64,000 nt of DNA. It comes from an uncultured Clostridia bacterium. Its GTDB lineage: Bacteria > Bacillota > Clostridia > Christensenellales > UBA1242. Below, piece by piece: positions 57,491 to 64,000 of this stretch. The notes below the pieces were generated by a model. It worked only from the letters and a program-made list of their open reading frames with translations, ran no database searches and was not told the DNA's origin. The stretch spans positions 10,720-74,719 of the forward strand of contig CALVNT010000022.1 of NCBI GenBank assembly GCA_944349925.1. Direction: 5' to 3'. Both the position numbers and the translations under genes were made by a program. The stretch's first letter is position 1, and every line of letters starts with the position of its first letter.

Positions 57491-58747
57491 TTAGCCCACT
57501 TCTTTTTTATTTTCAGCCTTTATAATCTCAGGTTGTTCGTTATCAAATTCTATAAATTTATCTGTAACAATAATTTTTTTAATATCTTTATAACTAGGCA
57601 CTTCAAACATCAATTTAGTCATTTTAGCTTCTAAAATTGTTCTAAGACCTCTAGCACCTGTTTTTAACTGCATAGCCTTCTTAGCAATTGCATTTATAGC
57701 GGCATCTGAAAACTCAATTTCGACGCCATCTATTTTAAACATCAATTTATATTGTTTTATTATTGAGTTTTTAGGCTCTGTCAAAATTTTAACAAGCGCC
57801 TCTTGCGTTAAATCATCAAGACCTACCACAACAGGCAAGCGTCCTATAAACTCAGGTATAAGACCAAATTTAATTAAATCATTTGGTTGGATATCTTTAA
57901 TAAAATTTACCTTTGATTTTTCTTCATTTGTTTTAATTGTTGCATTAAATCCTAAAGAAGAATCATTTTTTCTCGCATCAATGATTTTATCAATACCAAC
58001 AAAAGCTCCTCCGCAAATAAAAAGAATATTTGTTGTATCTATTTGAAGCATTTCTTGATGTGGATGCTTTCTTCCGCCTTGCGGAGGCACAGAAGCAATA
58101 GTGCTTTCCATAATTTTTAGAAGCGCTTGTTGAACGCCTTCTCCCGCCACATCTCTAGTAATAGAAACATTTTGAGTTTTCTTAGCTATTTTGTCTATTT
58201 CGTCTATATAGATAATTCCTCGTTGTGCTTTTTCTATATCGTAATCAGCATTTTGTATCAATTTTAAAAGAATATTTTCTACATCATCACCAACATAGCC
58301 GGCTTCTGTAAGAGTAGTTGCATCGGCTGAAGCAAAAGGAACTTTTAAAATTTTAGCAAGCGTTTTAGCAAGCAAAGTTTTGCCTGTTCCTGTTGGTCCC
58401 ACCATGAGAATATTGCTTTTTTCAAGTTCAACATCATCTTTATCGTTTATTGGTTTTGCAAAATTGTAATTGAGTCGTTTATAATGATTATAAACTGCAA
58501 CTGCAAGCACGCGTTTTGCTTCATCTTGCCCTACAATATATTGATCAAGAGATTGCTTAATCTCACTAGGAGTAGGCAATTCAATTTTTTCAAACGAAGA
58601 TTTTTTGCCAAGTTCAGCAATAATATCTTTACATATTCCAACACATTCATCGCAAATATACGCTTCTCCGTTAGGACTAGCTATAAGTTTTTTTGCTTCT
58701 TTTTGACCTTTCCCACAAAAAGAACATTTATATTGATTTTGTTCCAT
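57491..58747 (-). CDS. clpX: ATP-dependent Clp protease ATP-binding subunit ClpX
   Basis: Zinc finger CSFCGK...CDEC, Walker [22 protein letters not shown] and IPEFIGRLP. Confidence 0.98.
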   Translation of the reverse strand: MEQNQYKCSFCGKGQKEAKKLIASPNGEAYICDECVGICKDIIAELGKKSSFEKIELPTPSEIKQSLDQYIVGQDEAKRVLAVAVYNHYKRLNYNFAKPINDKDDVELEKSNILMVGPTGTGKTLLAKTLAKILKVPFASADATTLTEAGYVGDDVENILLKLIQNADYDIEKAQRGIIYIDEIDKIAKKTQNVSITRDVAGEGVQQALLKIMESTIASVPPQGGRKHPHQEMLQIDTTNILFICGGAFVGIDKIIDARKNDSSLGFNATIKTNEEKSKVNFIKDIQPNDLIKFGLIPEFIGRLPVVVGLDDLTQEALVKILTEPKNSIIKQYKLMFKIDGVEIEFSDAAINAIAKKAMQLKTGARGLRTILEAKMTKLMFEVPSYKDIKKIIVTDKFIEFDNEQPEIIKAENKKEVG

Positions 58748-58756
58748 GACACTCCT

Positions 58757-59344
58757 TTATTTTGTTTTTCTAGTTTGAAAAATTTCGTCAATCAGACCAT
58801 AATCTTTTGCTTCTTGTGCAGTCATATAGTTGTCTCTATCAGTGTCTTTTTCAACAATTTCAAGAGGCTTGCCGGTGTTTTCGCTAAGCATTTTATTCAT
58901 TCGATCTTTGATATATTGAATGTGATTTGCCTGAATTTGAATATCACTAACTTGACCTTGTGCTCCTCCTAGCGGTTGATGAATCATAATCTCGCTGTTT
59001 GGCAGTGCAAATCGCTTTCCTTTTGTTCCTCCTGCAAGCAAAAAGGCACCCATAGAAGCTGCTCTTCCAACACAAATAGTAGAAACATCACATTTAATGT
59101 ATTTCATCGTATCATATATTGCAAGTCCAGCAGAAACGCTTCCACCAGGACTATTTATATATATGAATATATCCTTGTTTGGGTTTTTGCCTTCAAGATA
59201 AATTAGTTGTGCTACAACAATGTTTGCAATATCGTCATTGATTTCACCATTAAGGAAAATTATGCGGTCTTCTAGCAACCTAGAATAAATATCATAAGAT
59301 CTTTCACTATTTCCTGTTTGGTCAATTACCATAGGTATCAACAT
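58757..59344 (-). CDS. clpP: ATP-dependent Clp protease proteolytic subunit ClpP
   Basis: ATG 59344 follows [17 protein letters not shown], catalytic [18 protein letters not shown] and D in RDNYM. Confidence 0.98.
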   Translation of the reverse strand: MLIPMVIDQTGNSERSYDIYSRLLEDRIIFLNGEINDDIANIVVAQLIYLEGKNPNKDIFIYINSPGGSVSAGLAIYDTMKYIKCDVSTICVGRAASMGAFLLAGGTKGKRFALPNSEIMIHQPLGGAQGQVSDIQIQANHIQYIKDRMNKMLSENTGKPLEIVEKDTDRDNYMTAQEAKDYGLIDEIFQTRKTK

Positions 59345-59405
59345 ATAATATCCTCCCAAAAGATTTATTTTTTATACAAGATAACATATTTTTGTTATTG
59401 CCAAA

Positions 59406-60680
59406 TTATTTATTTTTAGATTTGATAAAATCCAATAATTTTGTCATAACAATGTTGTTTTCAAAGAAAGCATAATCATTAGGTGATAAAGATTTTTTAA
59501 ATTCTTCAACGTCCATTCCATAATTTGAAGCATACTGAGCAAGTTTTGCATCAAGTTCTTCACTTGTTGCGACTATATTATTTTTTGAAATAATTTTTTG
59601 GAGAACTAAACGAGTTTTAATGTTCTTTTCAGCATCTATTTCGCGTTCTTTTTTGAATGTTTCAATATCTTTGCCAATGTAAGATAGATAATCTTCCATT
59701 TTCATGCCTTGATGAGACAGTCTATGTTCAAAATCTTGTACCACATGTTCAACTTCGTGTTGCACCATAGAATATGGAATATCAACATTGCATCTATCAA
59801 CAATTTCATCTACAATTGCAACTTCGTAATCACGCTCAGCCTTTTCTTCTTCAACCTTCTTTAAATTTTCTTTGATTGATTTTTTATATTCATCGAGAGT
59901 TTCAAATTCAGTAGTATCAGCAACAAATTTGTCATCAATTTCTGGCAAAACTTTTTTCTCAACCTTTTTTACAGTTACAGCAAAAACCGCTGGTTTACCT
60001 TTTAAATTTTCAGCTCCATAATTTTCTGGAAAAACGACATTTATATCTTTTTGCTGCCCTTTTTTCATTCCTACAACTTGTTCTTCAAAACCTTCTATGA
60101 AAGTATGAGAACCAAGCTCTAGCCTATAATCTTGTGCGCTTCCACCGTCGAATTTAACCCCATCAACGCTTCCGACAAAATCAATAGTAGCAAAATCTCC
60201 ATTTTCGCATTCTTTATCTTCTTCAACAAAGCGAGCATGTTTTTCTTGTTCTTTTTTAAGTTCTTCTAAAACTTGTTCATCAGATATTACAACTTCTTTT
60301 CTCTTGCTTGTCAAATTGTCAAGTTTTCCAAGTTCAATTTCAGGCATCAAATCGAAAACAAGAGTAGCTTCAATACCAGCATCAACAGTAAAAGAATTCA
60401 TCTCTACATGTGGATAAGAAGCTGGAACAACTTCTTTATTTTCGGTCAAAAATTTGTTATATTCTTCATTTATAACATTTTCAAAAGCATCGTCGAAGAA
60501 AACTGTATCCCCATATACTTGCTCAATAACTTTTTTAGGCGCTTTGCCTTTTCTAAAACCTTGAACAGTAAATTTACTTTTTGTTTTTTCGTAAACTTCA
60601 TTTACGGCTTTATCCCAATTTTCTTTTGAAATCTTGATTTTTAAAAATCCTTGTTTTTCTTTCTTTTCGTAAGTATACAT
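59406..60680 (-). CDS. tig: Trigger factor
   Basis: ATG 60680 follows AAGGAG. Ribosome-binding motif GFRKGKAP and an FKBP-type PPIase middle domain. Promoter TTGCTT-N17-TAAAAT at 60734-60706. Confidence 0.96.
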   Translation of the reverse strand: MYTYEKKEKQGFLKIKISKENWDKAVNEVYEKTKSKFTVQGFRKGKAPKKVIEQVYGDTVFFDDAFENVINEEYNKFLTENKEVVPASYPHVEMNSFTVDAGIEATLVFDLMPEIELGKLDNLTSKRKEVVISDEQVLEELKKEQEKHARFVEEDKECENGDFATIDFVGSVDGVKFDGGSAQDYRLELGSHTFIEGFEEQVVGMKKGQQKDINVVFPENYGAENLKGKPAVFAVTVKKVEKKVLPEIDDKFVADTTEFETLDEYKKSIKENLKKVEEEKAERDYEVAIVDEIVDRCNVDIPYSMVQHEVEHVVQDFEHRLSHQGMKMEDYLSYIGKDIETFKKEREIDAEKNIKTRLVLQKIISKNNIVATSEELDAKLAQYASNYGMDVEEFKKSLSPNDYAFFENNIVMTKLLDFIKSKNK

Positions 60681-60799
60681 AATAATCTCCTTTTTTGTCC
60701 GTATAATTTTACCACAATAAAAAATTTTAAGCAACTATTTTAAACAAAAAAAGAGAAAGGCGATTCTCTCTTTGGTGTCGAAAATTGATTTTTGAAACT

Positions 60800-61180
60800 T
60801 TAAAAAAGTTTTCCAGAAAAAAACAAGCTGATACAGCTAATTAAAATTGTTAAAACTACAAGCATCTTACAAACTTCAAAAATTTTTTCTTTTAACAAAG
60901 TTTTCTTAAACTTTTTAAAATAAAAATTTAAATTTGCATTTATTTGTTCAACTGATAAATTAGAGTTATTGATTAAAGTGGCGCAATATAATTTAAATCT
61001 TTCGTCCAAATTTTTGTGATAGTTATGTATATACGAATAAATTAGCACCCAAAGCCAATATAAACAAATCAGAACAAAAAAAGAAAGCGCAAAATAAGAA
61101 AATCCAGCCCAAACTGAATTAAGAAACCCAAATAATAAAATTAAAATTACCGCTGTGATTGTAAAAATAAAGTTTAGCAT
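60800..61180 (-). CDS. Hypothetical membrane protein
   Basis: 126 aa with 2 N-terminal and 1 C-terminal TM helices. Terminator AAGAGA/TCTCTT plus T-run at about 60750-60785. Confidence 0.55.
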   Translation of the reverse strand: MLNFIFTITAVILILLFGFLNSVWAGFSYFALSFFVLICLYWLWVLIYSYIHNYHKNLDERFKLYCATLINNSNLSVEQINANLNFYFKKFKKTLLKEKIFEVCKMLVVLTILISCISLFFSGKLF

Positions 61181-61267
61181 ATTAAAGCACCAATTTTATT
61201 AAATTTAAATAAGAATAATCATCGTAAAAAATTTTTAAATATAGACAAAATTTAATATATTTTTTTA

Positions 61268-61564
61268 TTAAAAAACAGTTAAAATATATAGCACAACAAT
61301 AGTAACTACAAAAATGACATAGCAAATAAGCCAAGCTTTATGCGGATGCGATCTTACCCAGAAAAACGCTAAAAAGATTGATATCATATAAGCGATAACT
61401 TCACCGATTGTTCGAAACGCATTTGATATTGATGCATTATTTTCAAAAATTAAGGCGAGAATTAACGCCACAGCAATAAAGCCTATTCCTATAAAAGCCA
61501 CAAACGATAAAACTTGATTAAAAGATAATTTTTCTTTTTTTTGTTTTGAAGAATTATTTTCCAT
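61268..61564 (-). CDS. Hypothetical small membrane protein
   Basis: ATG 61564 follows GAGGT; about 98 aa with 3 TM helices; directly downstream of gap. Confidence 0.55.
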   Translation of the reverse strand: MENNSSKQKKEKLSFNQVLSFVAFIGIGFIAVALILALIFENNASISNAFRTIGEVIAYMISIFLAFFWVRSHPHKAWLICYVIFVVTIVVLYILTVF

Positions 61565-61566
61565 TT

Positions 61567-62568
61567 TTACCTCATTATATGCACACAAAGGTCTACCGTT
61601 TTATTAGAATACCCCCACTCGTTATCATACCAAGCGACCAATTTGATAAAATTGGGACTTAAAATCATACTCGCATTGATGTCAACAACGCAGGTCCTTG
61701 ATTCTCCAATAAAATCTGAAGAAACGACTGCATCTGTTTCAATACCTAAAACACCTTTCATTTCTTTTTCAGAAGATTTTTTAAGTGCTTTAATTATATC
61801 TTCCATAGTTGCTGGTTTGTTAAGTTTGCAAATCAACTCTAATACAGAACCATCAAGTGTCGGAACACGATAACTATTGCAAGCAATTTTGCCTTTAAGC
61901 TGTGGCAAAACTTCCCCAACAGCCTTAGCCGCCCCTGTAGAAGAAGGAATTATGTTGTAAGATGCAGCCCTGCCACCCCTCCAATCTTTTTTGCTAGGCC
62001 CATCTACTGTAAGTTGGGTTGCGGTTGCAGAATGAATGGTGGACATAAAAGCCTGTTCAATGCCAAAATTTTCATCTATAACTTTAGCTAAAGGCACTAA
62101 ACAATTTGTTGTACAAGAAGCATTTGACACAACTAGCATGTCCTTTGAGTATGAATTTTGATTGACGCCCATAACAAAAGTAGGCATATCTTTTCCCGGC
62201 GCTGTAACAACTACTTTTTTTGCCCCTGCATCTATGTGTTTTACTGCATCTTGATATTTAGTAAATTTTCCACTTGCTTCTATAGCAACATCAACATCAT
62301 GCTGTTTCCAAGGTATTAAGCTAGGTTCTTTTTCATTATAAAAGGTAATAGAGTTTTTGTTTACATTAAGTTTATTATTAAGAACCGAGCAGTCACAATC
62401 GAATTTACCATGCACTGTGTCATGTAACAAAAGATATTTTCCATATTCAGCATCAATAAAAGGGTCATTGACTGCAACAACCTCAACATCATTTCTATTT
62501 GCGCAAACACGAAGGACCAACCTCCCAATTCTACCAAAACCGTTTATTCCTATTCTTACTTTTTTCAT
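61567..62568 (-). CDS. gap: Type I glyceraldehyde-3-phosphate dehydrogenase
   Basis: INGFGRIGRLV, active site SNASCTTNCL and WYDNEWGYS. Confidence 0.98.
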   Translation of the reverse strand: MKKVRIGINGFGRIGRLVLRVCANRNDVEVVAVNDPFIDAEYGKYLLLHDTVHGKFDCDCSVLNNKLNVNKNSITFYNEKEPSLIPWKQHDVDVAIEASGKFTKYQDAVKHIDAGAKKVVVTAPGKDMPTFVMGVNQNSYSKDMLVVSNASCTTNCLVPLAKVIDENFGIEQAFMSTIHSATATQLTVDGPSKKDWRGGRAASYNIIPSSTGAAKAVGEVLPQLKGKIACNSYRVPTLDGSVLELICKLNKPATMEDIIKALKKSSEKEMKGVLGIETDAVVSSDFIGESRTCVVDINASMILSPNFIKLVAWYDNEWGYSNKTVDLCVHIMR

Positions 62569-62579
62569 TATATCTCCTT

Positions 62580-63380
62580 TTATTTATTACCGTTTTCTGA
62601 GAAATTTCCGCCTATTAGCTCACCTTCGCCTACATTTTTTTTACCAACTTTGTTGTTGAATGCGAGCATCATAAGCAGAATTATTGCCACAAATGCACAA
62701 ATTATATCAATGCAAACAATCAAAAGCCCTAAAATAAAATTTATATTGACAAATAAGCACAATAATACTGTAAATAAAATTGCAACGGCAAAAAGCGTAG
62801 AAGAAGATAGTATATATATTAAATTTTGTTTTTTATCTACAGGATATTTATCCGTTTTAGATAGAGAAACATCTACCGAACTTTCTACAACCCCTCTCCA
62901 ACGATTGACACGGCTGTTGTAACTTAAATTTCCAATTTGCAAAAGTACTTCGGATAAATCTTCACTAAACATTATCACACTTGTGTTGCCTTGATAAAAA
63001 CCGACACCAAAAAACATATGAACAATTAGTCGCCATAGCATAACGAAAAAATCTACAAATTTATTTCGTGATTTTTCTTTTGCCAACAAAATAGATTGAT
63101 TAGAAAATATAAATTTTTCCAAATCTTTTTGCCCTAATGTTTGCCTTAAAATTAAAATTTTGCCAGACAAGACAAACATGGAAAGAGAATTTATCATTTG
63201 TTCTTTATTTGTATTATCTTTAAAAACTAAATATTTTACTCCATCTTCTTTTATGAAACTTTTATCTATATTTTCAGTAAGCCCAACAATAATGTTGACA
63301 TCACTATAAACAAGAAGTTGAGCTATCATTTTTTGATATTTTTGCACATCTTCCACAACTGGGATTATTACATTTATCAT
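62580..63380 (-). CDS. Hypothetical membrane-anchored protein with weak glycosyltransferase-2-like N-terminal pattern
   Basis: MINVIIPVVEDVQKY...NIIVG resembles the first beta-alpha-beta of GT-A folds, but I see no DxD. It has a C-terminal TM pair. Confidence 0.5.
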   Translation of the reverse strand: MINVIIPVVEDVQKYQKMIAQLLVYSDVNIIVGLTENIDKSFIKEDGVKYLVFKDNTNKEQMINSLSMFVLSGKILILRQTLGQKDLEKFIFSNQSILLAKEKSRNKFVDFFVMLWRLIVHMFFGVGFYQGNTSVIMFSEDLSEVLLQIGNLSYNSRVNRWRGVVESSVDVSLSKTDKYPVDKKQNLIYILSSSTLFAVAILFTVLLCLFVNINFILGLLIVCIDIICAFVAIILLMMLAFNNKVGKKNVGEGELIGGNFSENGNK

Positions 63381-63389
63381 AAATTACTC

Positions 63390-63815
63390 CTAACTCATTT
63401 TTTTAATTCTTCTTGCATGCCTACCACCCTCAAAGTCAGTAGTTAAAAAAACTTTTATAATTTTTATAGCCTTTTTAGCTTTAGTTGCTCTTGCCCCTAA
63501 ACATAATACATTTGCATCGTTATGAGCTCTTGCAAGCATTGCGTCAGTTTCACTACGGCAAAGAGCGGCACGAATTTTAGGATTTCTATTTGCTGCCATA
63601 GACATTCCTATTCCCGAGCCACAAATGAAAATGCCTACATTTCTAGAATCTTCTAGCACTTTAACATTACCCGCTTTGGCAAAATCAGGATAATCATCAA
63701 GTTGTTCGCGTGAGTAACACCCAACATCAATCGCAATAATATTTTCTTTATTAAAAAAATTTTTGATTTCTTCCTTTAAAATGTAACCTGCGTGATCACT
63801 TGCTAAAACTATCAT
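63390..63815 (-). CDS. rpiB: Ribose-5-phosphate isomerase B
   Basis: MIVLASDHAGYILKEEI, CGSGIGMSMAANR and GGRHARRI. Confidence 0.95.
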   Translation of the reverse strand: MIVLASDHAGYILKEEIKNFFNKENIIAIDVGCYSREQLDDYPDFAKAGNVKVLEDSRNVGIFICGSGIGMSMAANRNPKIRAALCRSETDAMLARAHNDANVLCLGARATKAKKAIKIIKVFLTTDFEGGRHARRIKKMS

Positions 63816-63816
63816 A

Positions 63817-64000
63817 TCAACACTCCATTTTTAATTTATTTAAAAGCACTTTTACACCTTTTTCAATCAATTGAAAAGTTGATTCATATTCTTTTTCATC
63901 TTTTCCATAAGGGTCTACAACATCTTGTCCAATAAGGTCTTTAAAACTTATAACTTTTAAGCAGTCAATAAATTTTTTCATAAAATCTTCCATCACAATA
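63817..64000 (-). CDS. Low-molecular-weight protein phosphatase (YwlE-like), C-terminal part only; 5' end outside window
   Basis: The reverse frame gives ...DLIGQDVVDPYGKDEKEYESTFQLIEKGVKVLLNKL, ending at TGA 63819-63817. The D-P-Y-G motif and the position upstream of rpiB match B. subtilis ywlE-ywlF. Confidence 0.7.
   Translation of the reverse strand, partial: IVMEDFMKKFIDCLKVISFKDLIGQDVVDPYGKDEKEYESTFQLIEKGVKVLLNKLKMEC

Overview
This 64-kb window is a chromosomal segment from a low-GC (about 30% by eye) spore-forming Firmicutes or Clostridia-like bacterium using the standard bacterial genetic code. It is almost entirely core housekeeping DNA, and its gene order is partly syntenic with Bacillus subtilis.

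Main blocks, in order:
- (polC-like exonuclease)-rimP-nusA-ylxR-ylxQ-infB-rbfA-nrnA-truB, then efp.
- The complete spoIIIAA-AH sporulation operon.
- asp23-nusB-xseA-proS-xseB.
- infC-rpmI-rplT with its L20 leader, then trmH-like and yebC.
- spoIVB.
- On the minus strand: serS, rny, tgt-queA-ruvBAC, recN-argR, thiI-cysteine desulfurase-pheTS with a T-box leader.
- Further minus-strand genes: rnhA, HIT, asnS-aspS, clpX-clpP-tig, gap, rpiB.
- Two tRNAs, Ser-GGA and an apparent Leu-AAG.

I found no CRISPR array, prophage, IS element or recognisable defence system.

The most unusual region is about 25.4-32.1 kb. It holds:
- a PadR-membrane fusion protein and a DUF45 peptidase;
- a 550-bp non-coding stretch with tandem 52-nt repeats;
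- a perfect 13-6-13 palindrome with recombinase-core-site geometry;
- a degenerate nucleotidyltransferase-like ORF co-transcribed with serS;
- a third copy of the palindrome arm, abutting the promoter of an apparently leaderless Xer-like tyrosine recombinase gene.

Other points worth a second look:
- an in-frame TAA at a conserved Tyr codon of nusA;
- a PolC-derived exonuclease lacking polymerase domains at the polC syntenic position;
- a tRNA-Leu with an A34 anticodon;
- an orphan EncFtn-like ferritin;
- a 39-nt hairpin repeat present twice.

All calls were made by eye from the sequence and the ORF track. Hairpin and promoter coordinates are approximate, and no database search was possible.
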